From contig JBBCAV010000133.1 in assembly GCA_051382305.1 (NCBI GenBank), positions 1-36,660 of the forward strand: a DNA stretch of 36,660 nt. The letters run 5' to 3'. Origin of the DNA: Bdellovibrionota bacterium FG-2 (GTDB taxonomy: Bacteria; Bdellovibrionota; UBA1018). The stretch's first letter is position 1. Each line of letters starts with the position of its first letter. A program made the position numbers and the translations under genes. Under the pieces are notes generated by a model. The model was given only the letters and a program-made list of their open reading frames with translations, searched no databases and was not told where the DNA came from. Shown piece by piece: positions 26,601 to 34,935 of the stretch.

Positions 26601-26754
26601 GGTGGCAACTGGCATTGGCGCAGATGTCATGAAACGGATTGCGTCTCCGATGTGGGGAGGACTGGTCTCACTCACCATTCTCACCTTAATTGTGATGCCA
26701 GTCATTTACGTTCTTAGAGAAAAAAGACTTGTAATGAAAGGAAAAATGCCATGA
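23623..26754 (+). CDS. cusA: heavy-metal efflux RND permease, CusA/SilA type (second copy)
   Basis: IDAIPDLSETQV. Met sites GSEFMP, DPAPLSM, RIDMLSTG. Confidence 0.92.
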   Translation: MIDRIIAWCGKNAKITLAIAAAFAIWGAYCLKNIKIDAIPDLSETQVILFTEWMGRSPDLIENQITYPLVTSMVSAPNVSVVRGQSMFGMSFVYVIFKDGTDLYWARSRVLEYLSKLSGQLPPGVTPSIGPDASGVGWVFQYALTDSNGPTEKHDLAEIKTFQEWYLRYWLASVPGVAEVASIGGFQKQYQVEVDPNKLVALKIPLDRIVGAIRNSNKDVGGRTLEVSEREYYVRGLGYIKDPKEIENIALGIGPNNVPIRISDVGRVSLGPNIRRGLSDLDGRGDTVGGLVVMRQGEDVSRVLEAIKKKIEEVKPAFPKGLELKIIYDRSALIKEAISTLRENIIEEIITVCVVILVFLFHFRSTLVVAIALPLSVLVSIIPLYYLGITLNIMSMGGIILAIGDVVDGVVVFIENAHKKIAAGALQTQSYQEIAIEACRELGPSIFSSLLIIAVSFLPIFALQAQEGKLFHPLAYTKTFAMLVSAVITLTVTPPLIALFVRGRIRSEEENPVNRICQNAYRPLLKSFLEHPKTVLLSMAALVGISAFGFTRLGSEFMPPLWEGDLLYMPITVPGISVTAAADLLNRQSAAIKAVPEVETVFGKAGRYDTPTDPAPLSMLEFTVHLKPSNQWRKGMSEEGVIAALDQAVAIPGLNRAWTKPIRGRIDMLSTGIRTPVGVKIYGKDLSVIEDIGKQLEGALNKVRGTRSVYAERIQGGYYIDFEPDRQSLSRYGLNVGDAQMVVETAIGGMDISQTIEGRERYTVNVRYPRELRDSVEKLSRILVSTPTGTQVPLGELGHLTMRSGPPMILDENGSLSGYVYIDLKDRDPGGYVNDAKKAVAANIQLPPGYFLKWTGQYEYLERMQARMKIVLPLTLILIFIFLYMGMRSISRVVMVLASVPLSLTGGILLMWVLGYNTSVAVWAGAIALIGVAVETTSILIVFLDQAWKKKGESNQLNTEADFLEATLDGAQKSLRPVLMAVLMNVFGLIPVMVATGIGADVMKRIASPMWGGLVSLTILTLIVMPVIYVLREKRLVMKGKMP

Positions 26755-29453
26755 GTAGTGGAGCTGTTCTGCGCAAAAGACATTTGGAAGAGGACCGGAG
26801 GGTATCGCTTGCACACTCGCGAGAATCGAAAACTCTGCATTTAGTCCCTTGGGCGGAGGATGTAGAAAAGGTCTTACAGAGCCTGGACACAAAGCAGGAT
26901 GAAGGCTTACCGCGTGAAGCGGCAGCAGAAAGACTTGTGCTTCATGGAAAAAACGTTCTTCGCGAAAAAGAGAAGGTTTCAGTATGGATTAAGTTTCTGG
27001 GCCAATTTAAAAGCCCAGTGGTTGTGACACTTTTAGTCGCGACCCTAGTCTCGGCTCTCGTAGGAGAGCTAGTTGATGCGATCGCCATCATCTCAATTGT
27101 TATCATCAATGCCGTTGTTGGGTATCTCCAAGAGAGCAAAGCTGAAGCTGCGGTCGCAGCGCTTCAGAAGCTTGCTTCACCGAAAGCTCGCGTTCTTCGC
27201 TCCAAACAGGTTGCTGAAACGCTAGCCGAAAACATTGTCGAGGGCGACATCCTGATTTTTGAATCAGGTGATTATGTTGCGGCTGATGCCCGCATTATTC
27301 AAGCAAGCCAACTTTCAGTCGATGAGTCGCTCTTGACAGGCGAGTCTCTTCCGGTAAAAAAGGGGCTTGCGGCGGTCGTGGCTAGCGCCCCACTGGCGGA
27401 GCGTTCCAACATGCTCTTTGCGAGCACGGCTGTTAGTACCGGCTCAGGTCGGGCCCTTGTCACAGCAACCGGGATGGATTCTGAGATCGGGCATATCGCG
27501 GGAATGCTCGAATCTGCGGATGCCACAGAAACTCCACTGCAATCTCGCCTTAAAGAAGTGGGCTCAAAGCTTCTGCTTTTATGCTTAGGGGTTGTGGCCC
27601 TGGTTGGGGCACTGGGTCTGATTCATGGGGAGGCGTGGCTCAGCGTACTAATGACTGCAATTAGCCTGGCCGTTGCTGCTATTCCTGAAGGGCTCCCCGC
27701 AATAGTCACTCTGGCATTGGCACTTGCAATTCATCGGATGACTAAACGGAACGCGATCGTCCGGCATCTACCCGCCGTTGAAACACTTGGATCTACCGAT
27801 GTCATTTGCACCGACAAGACAGGGACTCTAACAACAGGAAAAATGCGGGTTCGAGAGCTTGTCGGACCCGATGTGATTATTGTCGAAAACAAGCAGGATA
27901 CGGATCCTAAAGTCTTTAACCGCTTAGTTGAATCATCGGTTCTGTGCTCGAACGCCTCGCTTGGCAAAAATGGGGAGATGACCGGGGATCCCACGGAAGT
28001 CGCGCTCCTTTTCATGGCAAAAGATCAAAAGCAAGACCCCATTCATTTGCAAAAGGACGTTAAGCGTGTCTACGAGTGGAGCTTCGATAGCGTTCGAAAG
28101 CGAATGAGTGTTGCTGTTGCAGGTGATAGTCAAATCATCATCCACGTCAAAGGAGCCCCAGAGTCCATGCTGCCCCTTTGTCAGCTTGATGACACTGGAA
28201 AACGGAAAATTACAGAAGCACTTCAAACTCTTTCCGAAAAGGGTCGCAGAATGCTTGCAGTAGCACGTCGAACGCTGCCTATCCGGCCCGAAGCATTTAG
28301 TGCGGAAAACTATCGGGAGCCCGCCTCGGTTGAAAATGACTTGGAGTTCTTGGGATTAGTCGCGATCGCAGATCCGCCAAGGGACGAAAGTATTGAGGCC
28401 ATTCGTAGATGTAAATCAGCAGGAATTCGCGTGGTGATGATCACGGGAGATCATCCGGCGACCGCGAAAGCGATTGGGCAGGAGCTTGGAATTTTGGAGC
28501 TTGGAAAGTTTGAGGGTGTCATGACAGGGGCAGAGCTTGACGCCATGGACGCAAAGACATTGGCCGAAAGAATCGAAACCACCGCTGTTTACGCTCGAGT
28601 GGCGCCTGAGCACAAACTCAAAATAATCGAAGCATGGAAATCCAAGGGTAGCGTTGTCGCAATGACCGGAGACGGTGTGAACGACGCTCCCGCTCTTAAA
28701 GCGGCTTCTATCGGGATTTCAATGGGCAAAGGAGGAACTGAGGTTGCACGCCAAGCGTCGTCGATGATTCTGGCTGACGATAACTTTGCAACAATCGTGG
28801 GAGCGGTCGAAGAAGGTAGAGCAATCTACGGAAACATTCGCAGGACTATCCAATATCTGCTTTCGGGAAACTTGGCTGAAATTCTTATTATGTTGGGTGC
28901 TGCGGTTATGGGTTGGCCCGCTCCCTTGGCGCCGATTCATCTTCTTTGGATCAATCTTGTCACCGATGGATTGCCATCACTTGCGCTTGCTGCTGAGCCT
29001 GTTCCCAAAGATATTCTCGAAAGCGGAAAGCCATCGCCGAAGAAATTCTTTGATCGGCGTTTTTACAAAGAGATGACTTTCATCGGGGTGACGATTGCGG
29101 TTCTCTCGCTTGTAGTCTATGGCTATAGTTTTAAACGTGAAGGAGCACTTACGGCAAGAACGCATGTCTTTTCGTTTCTAGTTTTTGCGGAACTTTTTAG
29201 ATCTTTTGCTAGCCGAAGCGAAACCAAGACTTTCTTTCAACTGGGAGCCTTCTCAAATACTTGGCACCTCTTTGCTGTTAGCATTCCAATTGGATTTCAG
29301 TTTTTACTTCACCATACGGTATGGTTCACGAGTCTCTTTAAAGTTCACATGATCGAGTGGAATGAGTGTCTGGTTCTCGTTGGATTGACACTTATTCCTA
29401 CTGCGGTGCTCGAAATTCGAAAATTGATGAGATCAAAAAGAAGTCCGAATTGA
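26751..29453 (+). CDS. cation-transporting P-type ATPase, type IIA (Ca2+-type)
   Basis: TGES, AAIPEGL, DKTGT, TGDGVNDAPAL, LLWINLVTDGLP. No CPC motif. Confidence 0.93.
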   Translation: MSSGAVLRKRHLEEDRRVSLAHSRESKTLHLVPWAEDVEKVLQSLDTKQDEGLPREAAAERLVLHGKNVLREKEKVSVWIKFLGQFKSPVVVTLLVATLVSALVGELVDAIAIISIVIINAVVGYLQESKAEAAVAALQKLASPKARVLRSKQVAETLAENIVEGDILIFESGDYVAADARIIQASQLSVDESLLTGESLPVKKGLAAVVASAPLAERSNMLFASTAVSTGSGRALVTATGMDSEIGHIAGMLESADATETPLQSRLKEVGSKLLLLCLGVVALVGALGLIHGEAWLSVLMTAISLAVAAIPEGLPAIVTLALALAIHRMTKRNAIVRHLPAVETLGSTDVICTDKTGTLTTGKMRVRELVGPDVIIVENKQDTDPKVFNRLVESSVLCSNASLGKNGEMTGDPTEVALLFMAKDQKQDPIHLQKDVKRVYEWSFDSVRKRMSVAVAGDSQIIIHVKGAPESMLPLCQLDDTGKRKITEALQTLSEKGRRMLAVARRTLPIRPEAFSAENYREPASVENDLEFLGLVAIADPPRDESIEAIRRCKSAGIRVVMITGDHPATAKAIGQELGILELGKFEGVMTGAELDAMDAKTLAERIETTAVYARVAPEHKLKIIEAWKSKGSVVAMTGDGVNDAPALKAASIGISMGKGGTEVARQASSMILADDNFATIVGAVEEGRAIYGNIRRTIQYLLSGNLAEILIMLGAAVMGWPAPLAPIHLLWINLVTDGLPSLALAAEPVPKDILESGKPSPKKFFDRRFYKEMTFIGVTIAVLSLVVYGYSFKREGALTARTHVFSFLVFAELFRSFASRSETKTFFQLGAFSNTWHLFAVSIPIGFQFLLHHTVWFTSLFKVHMIEWNECLVLVGLTLIPTAVLEIRKLMRSKRSPN

Positions 29454-29535
29454 ACTGTGGCACTCTTTTGAATGCCCGCAATGGGCGCAGCTCATCAAAC
29501 TCATGAGCCCAATGAAACAAAGAATTCGAAAAAGC

Positions 29536-29871
29536 TTATTGCTTTTCGACAATGGTACCTTCATTAAATAACACTCCAGGATTTACTTCGATAAGCGAGT
29601 AATGTTCATTGAGGACTCGCACCACTTGGCCTTCGCCTAATTTCACCTTTTTGCATCCCGCTTGATCTGCATTTTGTTTGCCTGTCCCTGCTTTGCATTC
29701 GCTACTGAAAAGAGCAACCTTGTCCCCGGCTTTCACCTCGTTGTCACCCAAACACACATGAGCCTCCCGGTCGCTCACTTTCATGGCCACGGTGCCGCGC
29801 ATAGTGCTGTGAGCGCAGCCAATTAAAAATAAAACTCCTGACAAAGCCAAAATCTTGAAGGTGTAAGCCAT
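29536..29871 (-). CDS. small putative lipoprotein (paralog of 19338-19691)
   Basis: Lipobox LIGC, then MRGTVAMKVSDREAHVCLGDNEVKAGDKV. RBS AGGAG. Confidence 0.8.
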   Translation of the reverse strand: MAYTFKILALSGVLFLIGCAHSTMRGTVAMKVSDREAHVCLGDNEVKAGDKVALFSSECKAGTGKQNADQAGCKKVKLGEGQVVRVLNEHYSLIEVNPGVLFNEGTIVEKQ

Positions 29872-29976
29872 CGAAATATCTCCTATGTTCTAAGAAGTAT
29901 AATCAGATCAATGGATTACGTAAAGAGGTGTTCTACGGTGTACGACCCATTTGATTAAAAAAGAACTGCAAGGGCT

Positions 29977-30005
29977 TGTCACAAATGCAGGCCGCCGCAC
30001 GTATT
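29977..30005 (+). promoter_or_regulatory. ECF-type promoter
   Basis: TGTCACA-AATGCAGGCCGCCGCA-CGTATT (16-nt spacer). Confidence 0.8.
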
Positions 30006-30016
30006 GACTTAAGAAT

Positions 30017-30451
30017 ATGGCTAAGAGCACCAAAACACACCCCCGCGAGTGGAGCGCAGATATTGTGATTCAGGAAATCATGCGGCTAGAGGAACGTTCC
30101 CCCAAATGCTGCCAACGGTCAAACCCCAGGCTCTACGGTGCGGCTCTCCGATATTTTGGAAGCTGGAAAGAGGCCATTACGGCGGCCGGATTTGATTACA
30201 ATGAGGTTCGCAAGCGTGTCCCGCCCGGATACTGGAGTAGAAAACGCATTATTGATGAACTTATGAGTCTGAAAGAGAAAAGCTCTAGCCAAATGCGAAC
30301 TCAGCGACCGGATCTCTACAGCGCCGCTCTGAGGGTATTCGGAACCTGGAGAAAGGCAGTTGAAGCTATTGGAATTGATTATGATACTGTTCAAAAAGGT
30401 TGGGTTGCTACCGATGTGCTTGCGCTACGTTATAAGAAAAGAGAAAAATGA
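30017..30451 (+). CDS. hypothetical protein with two helical repeats (homing-endonuclease-associated-repeat-like)
   Basis: Two copies of WS...II.E....P.LY.AALR.FG.W..A..A.G.DY. Confidence 0.7.
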   Translation: MAKSTKTHPREWSADIVIQEIMRLEERSPKCCQRSNPRLYGAALRYFGSWKEAITAAGFDYNEVRKRVPPGYWSRKRIIDELMSLKEKSSSQMRTQRPDLYSAALRVFGTWRKAVEAIGIDYDTVQKGWVATDVLALRYKKREK

Positions 30452-30470
30452 GATAAGGAGAAAATGCTGT

Positions 30471-30797
30471 ATGAAACTTTCAACTAGGTTTGTTTTTGTG
30501 TTTTTGTTTTCAATGACGCTAGGGTCTTTTCCTTTAGCCTTCGCACATGACCACTCTGAAAAAGGTGTTGCCCCAACTGACCAGAAAAAGACCCCGCCGC
30601 CTAAAGCGTTCGATAGCTCACAGAAGGTTGGAGCGGCAGCCACCTGCCCGGTTGCGGGAGAATCTTTCAAGATTGCGAAAGATACGCTCAGTTCCCAGTA
30701 TGACGGAAAATGGGTCTATTTTTGCTGCCCTGATTGCAAGACTCAGTTCGATCAGGATCCTGCACACTTTTTGCCCGCCAAAACTTCAGGGCATTGA
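30471..30797 (+). CDS. exported YHS-domain protein
   Basis: Signal peptide followed by HDH, CPVAGE...YDGKWVYFCCPDCKTQFDQDP. RBS AAGGAG. Confidence 0.85.
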   Translation: MKLSTRFVFVFLFSMTLGSFPLAFAHDHSEKGVAPTDQKKTPPPKAFDSSQKVGAAATCPVAGESFKIAKDTLSSQYDGKWVYFCCPDCKTQFDQDPAHFLPAKTSGH

Positions 30798-30824
30798 GTT
30801 AGTCTGCGATTGGGGTTCAGCGAG

Positions 30825-31232
30825 TTACCGTATGGATGCGCTGCAGTCGTTCGGCGCTCCCAGTGTAATCCAGTCCGAAATTGCTCGAAGCTCATCCTCG
30901 TTCAACGGCTCCGCTGCTGGCATTCCTTCCATTTGCTTTGGCATCACCTTATTTTTCACTGCGACATAGATCCGACTACCTTCAGGATCCCCAATTTTAA
31001 TTAGTTTGAGGACGCCGTTATAATCATCAAAATTGGCAGAACCCAAACCATCGCCATCACCTTCTGTTGTCGTATGGCACATTGCACATTTAGGCATGAT
31101 GATATTTTTGTGTATCCAAGAAAAAGAGGCTCGATTCGTCCCACCAGGACTTGCAGGATCACCTACTTGAACTGCATGAGCAACCGGACTGAAATACAGC
31201 GCGACAGAAACAAAAAGAATTGGGAATTTCAT
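30825..31232 (-). CDS. exported monoheme c-type cytochrome
   Basis: CAMCH, GDPEGSRIY, MP, L...E...I.DWI..GA. GGAGG RBS. Confidence 0.85.
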   Translation of the reverse strand: MKFPILFVSVALYFSPVAHAVQVGDPASPGGTNRASFSWIHKNIIMPKCAMCHTTTEGDGDGLGSANFDDYNGVLKLIKIGDPEGSRIYVAVKNKVMPKQMEGMPAAEPLNEDELRAISDWITLGAPNDCSASIR

Positions 31233-31341
31233 AGCCAAGGGGGTCCTCCAAATTGGAATAGCTTCGAGGATTTGTAACCCCGGCTCCAGAATGAGTCAAC
31301 ATCGCACCCACTGCGGCCCACAATAAAAATATCAGCTACGA

Positions 31342-31367
31342 GTCACAAAACTGCATCGCCAATCGTA
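31342..31367 (+). promoter_or_regulatory. ECF-type promoter
   Basis: GTCACA-AAACTGCATCGCCAAT-CGTA (16-nt spacer). Confidence 0.75.
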
Positions 31368-31408
31368 CTACCTCACGTTAGCTTTAATTTAAATGGATCG
31401 GAGTATTA

Positions 31409-31918
31409 ATGTTTCGACACAAAATGTTTCAGGTGTTGCTATTGAGCGCTATGCTCGCACTAGGCGCACGCGAAAGCTTCTCTCATGGCACTCATGAGCA
31501 CAAAACGACCGCGGAACCCAACGCCAACAAAACGGAGACTGATAAACTTCAGGCAAAACTTCGAGAGATCAACCGGCGATATGTCGAGCAGATCAAACCC
31601 ATTTTTATTGCAAAATGCGGTGATTGTCATAGCTCGCAAATCCGCTACCCTTGGTATTACTCCGCCCCAGGGATTCGCCAACTGATCGATCACGATCACA
31701 ATGAAGCAATGAAGCATCTCGACATTTCAAAAGACTTCCCGTTTGGGGGACATGGCTCGCCGAAGGAGGACTTGCGGGCGATTCAAGAGAATCTCGAGAA
31801 GGACTTGATGCCTCCTTTGCGGTACCGACTAATGCATCACGAATCCGCACTGACGAACGAGGAGAAGAAAGCTGTGTTAGAATGGGCTGTAAGCGGTGAA
31901 TCACTGTTAACAAAGTGA
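31409..31918 (+). CDS. exported haem-binding-domain c-type cytochrome
   Basis: KCGDCHS...YPWY...MPPLRY..MH...LT.EEK...W. His-rich mature N-terminus HGTHEH. Confidence 0.85.
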   Translation: MFRHKMFQVLLLSAMLALGARESFSHGTHEHKTTAEPNANKTETDKLQAKLREINRRYVEQIKPIFIAKCGDCHSSQIRYPWYYSAPGIRQLIDHDHNEAMKHLDISKDFPFGGHGSPKEDLRAIQENLEKDLMPPLRYRLMHHESALTNEEKKAVLEWAVSGESLLTK

Positions 31919-31973
31919 TCCTTTGAGTATAAAATGTAAGCTGATTTGAAAACTAACTGAAAGTGAGGAAACC

Positions 31974-32333
31974 ATGAATACTTTACGAATGACAATGCTA
32001 GTATTTAGCGTCGCAGTCTCCCTCCCTGCCTGGGCGGAAGGAATGGGCGGGATGCAAGGTGCTCAACATTCCCAACACATGCAGAGTATGCAGAATATGC
32101 AACAGGGGATGCAAAATATGATGAAGAAGACAGATCAAGATATGATGAAAATGAACACCCAGATGCAGAACATGATGTCTGACGAGAAGATGATGTCCGA
32201 CCCTGCAATGAAGCAGTCGATGGAGAAAATGCAATCTCGGATGAAAACGATGATGAGCGAGATGGGAAGTATAAAAGAAGAGATGGCAAAATTGCAAGGA
32301 ACCCTAAAAGCACCGCTAAAAAGTAATGAGTAA
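31974..32333 (+). CDS. periplasmic methionine-rich protein
   Basis: Signal peptide AWA/E. 24 Met in 98 mature residues. Confidence 0.8.
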   Translation: MNTLRMTMLVFSVAVSLPAWAEGMGGMQGAQHSQHMQSMQNMQQGMQNMMKKTDQDMMKMNTQMQNMMSDEKMMSDPAMKQSMEKMQSRMKTMMSEMGSIKEEMAKLQGTLKAPLKSNE

Positions 32334-33147
32334 TCTCGTTGACCGAATCCGATCGTTTGGTTTCCTCCTCTTGCTCTTGAGCCTTTCTTCTAGTCAGGCT
32401 TTTGCGGGACAGTTCGGTTTCAATGGGACGTTTCAGTACCTAAAATCTTCTCCCAAGTTTGGAAGCGCAGAAAGTTACTCTCTGACTCCCGGCCTTCGCT
32501 ATGATGAAGACCTTTGTACCGCGAGCGCCTATCTGCCGATTCTATTTCAGAATCAAGATTCGATGGCACGAGTGGGCCAGATTACCGTGCCGACGGGGTC
32601 TGGCATGGCGGGAAGCGGTGGAATGTCAAGTCATATGGGTGCGGGCGGAGGGACGAGTGGAATTCTTCCGGCGCTTGGCGATTTGAATTTCAGTGGGGGT
32701 TTTCGCGTCTTAAATGAAGAACACGTGACTCCCGCTGTTAGCCTGACCACACAGGTGAAGACACCCACTGCGATGAGTGGCTTCGGCACCGGTGAGTGGG
32801 ATTTTGGTGCTGGAGTGGGACTTAAGAAGACCTTCGGATCAGTCGTAAGCTTCTTTGATCTTTCATATGTCGTTACGGGAGATCCAACTGGCAAAACTTA
32901 TCGAAATCCGCTCATCTTCGGTCTGGGCGCAGGACCCATGTTTGGAGATGGTCAATTATCAATGCTGCTCTATTACCTTGGGTCCACACCTGTCCTAGAA
33001 GGACTGCCCGGTCAGAGTCAATTGTCTGTGGGGGCTAATTATCGAATAACCGAGGCGCTGTTTCTTTCAGCGAGCCTCGCACGCGGGTTCAGCGATTCCG
33101 TTCCTGAAACCAGCGCGGCGGCTGGGTTCTCAATTTACTTGCGCTAG
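32326..33147 (+). CDS. outer-membrane beta-barrel (MetA-pathway/transporter-like) with Met/Gly loop
   Basis: Signal peptide, LGDL...VKTPTA...GFGTGEWD, amphipathic strands, aromatic C-terminus. Confidence 0.7.
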   Translation: MSNLVDRIRSFGFLLLLLSLSSSQAFAGQFGFNGTFQYLKSSPKFGSAESYSLTPGLRYDEDLCTASAYLPILFQNQDSMARVGQITVPTGSGMAGSGGMSSHMGAGGGTSGILPALGDLNFSGGFRVLNEEHVTPAVSLTTQVKTPTAMSGFGTGEWDFGAGVGLKKTFGSVVSFFDLSYVVTGDPTGKTYRNPLIFGLGAGPMFGDGQLSMLLYYLGSTPVLEGLPGQSQLSVGANYRITEALFLSASLARGFSDSVPETSAAAGFSIYLR

Positions 33148-33149
33148 CG

Positions 33150-33644
33150 TTACCTTGAATTCAATGCACGTTGACAGCTTGGGGTAGAGTCGAAGCGTTT
33201 CTGTTGCTCTGGTACAAGCAGGCCACGGATCGCAGAGACGAGTTCAGGATAGACCCGTACTTCTTCAGAACAGATAAAAAGACCATTTTTAAGGCAATGC
33301 CCCATAATGGTTTGCCAATCTTGCAACGGAATAAATACGCGCGCGCACGCGTCTTGGAAATTTGTTTTTGCGAGCGCATTATTGAAATTTGTGACGTAGG
33401 TTTTATCTTGGGTAAGCTTGAGCGCTATCTGTTCAATTTCTGAAAAATAATTTTTAAAAGCTTGATGCTGCTCAAGATGGTACGGGAAAGAGTTCACGGA
33501 TTCGACTGTTTTTGCACGAAGTGGGTCGACTCTGCCTATCCATTCTTGGACTGCGACGTTCTCATTACATCCGGAAAGCCCTCCGGAAACACCAATGACC
33601 AGTAAATTCATCACCGCCAAAATCAAAAGCTTATTGTAGCTCAT
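33150..33644 (-). CDS. hypothetical lipoprotein
   Basis: Lipobox LSGC, four further Cys. ATGA-coupled to the TolC gene. Confidence 0.7.
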   Translation of the reverse strand: MSYNKLLILAVMNLLVIGVSGGLSGCNENVAVQEWIGRVDPLRAKTVESVNSFPYHLEQHQAFKNYFSEIEQIALKLTQDKTYVTNFNNALAKTNFQDACARVFIPLQDWQTIMGHCLKNGLFICSEEVRVYPELVSAIRGLLVPEQQKRFDSTPSCQRALNSR

Positions 33645-34930
33645 TTCTGCCCCCTCACTCGCTGGGTCACCAATTCGATCGCAGCAGGCTCTTTGAAATA
33701 ATCTCCCTGGAAGATCATTCGTTTCAATTTGTCTTCATTCAATAAGAAACGGTAGTGTACCGCAAAAAGGGCTGTCTCCGCCTGAATGTGATTGCGGGAT
33801 GCTTCAACGAGCATCAACATCTCGATATTTTCGCCCAAACCCAGTCGCTCATAGAGTTGCTTTTGGGTCAGCTCCGTCAAATCCGCATGCCTACTTAAGT
33901 CAGCATAATTGGCAAGGTCAAGGTTGTAGTTTTCAATCAGCAGTTTAAGTTGACGACGAAGAGTTTCAGTCACAGCACGTTGTTGAATTTGAAGCACGCT
34001 CTTTTGTGAATCCACAATGCGCATCGAGGCCCCGGTTCCAAAACCGAGTCCAACCTGAGAAGGAAGCATATCGAATGCGCCCCCATTCAACCCACGGCTC
34101 ATGCTTGAGCCACCAAGAAACGAATAGGTCACTTCCTTGCGAACGTACTCTGAGGCAGCAATAAAGTGATCGAATTGACGAACCTCAGGAGAGGAATCAA
34201 TAGCTCTAAATTCAAAATCCTCATATTGAAGCGGCTCAAAAGAATTAAAATCAGGCAAGGGAATAGGCGTGAGAGCAACTTCAATCTCGTTGGGGAACCC
34301 CATCATAAATGAAAGGAGATTTGTTTCCTCCAGGACCAAGACTTCTAAGGCCCGGCGATCTTCCTTGAGAGACAAAATTCGAGTCTCAATATCTCGTGAA
34401 CCCCCGTCACTAGCTCCCCCTAGGATTTCGCGTGTGCTGACAATGAGTAAGAGTTCCTCAAGCTCTCCAATGTTCATGTTCACATGCTCAAGTACCGATT
34501 GATCCAATAGAGAATGGAAGTACAAGCCTTTCGCCGTCATCACCTCATTCGCCCAAAGAGCGCGATAGCCTTCTTTTTCGGCGAGAAAAAGGATTTGCGC
34601 TTCTTTGAGCCGAAACCAGTTGGCGGGAATCAAAAAGGGAGCGACATCCTCGATAAGCCCCATTGCTGCGCCACCATAATTTTGCATGACAGTATCTGCG
34701 ACAACGCCGGCCACCTTCCAAAGATTCAAACGTGGCAGCAGGTTTCCACGAGCCACCTCGATGGCTTCCTTGGCCTGGTAGACCCGTAATGCGTTTTCAA
34801 GCACCTCGTAGTTCTCAGAGGAAACCTTCTTGACGACGTCTTCTTGTGTGATCGTCTGAGTGCTCGAAGCCTGACTTACGGTTGAAACTAAAAGAACCGC
34901 AAAAAAATTAAGAAGAAGGGTAATACGCAT
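33641..34930 (-). CDS. TolC-family outer membrane protein (divergent)
   Basis: Signal peptide, N..VLENAL.VYQAKE.I.VARGNLLP.LN, SPEVRQ, OMF-type helical repeat. Confidence 0.75.
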   Translation of the reverse strand: MRITLLLNFFAVLLVSTVSQASSTQTITQEDVVKKVSSENYEVLENALRVYQAKEAIEVARGNLLPRLNLWKVAGVVADTVMQNYGGAAMGLIEDVAPFLIPANWFRLKEAQILFLAEKEGYRALWANEVMTAKGLYFHSLLDQSVLEHVNMNIGELEELLLIVSTREILGGASDGGSRDIETRILSLKEDRRALEVLVLEETNLLSFMMGFPNEIEVALTPIPLPDFNSFEPLQYEDFEFRAIDSSPEVRQFDHFIAASEYVRKEVTYSFLGGSSMSRGLNGGAFDMLPSQVGLGFGTGASMRIVDSQKSVLQIQQRAVTETLRRQLKLLIENYNLDLANYADLSRHADLTELTQKQLYERLGLGENIEMLMLVEASRNHIQAETALFAVHYRFLLNEDKLKRMIFQGDYFKEPAAIELVTQRVRGQK

Positions 34931-34935
34931 ATTGC

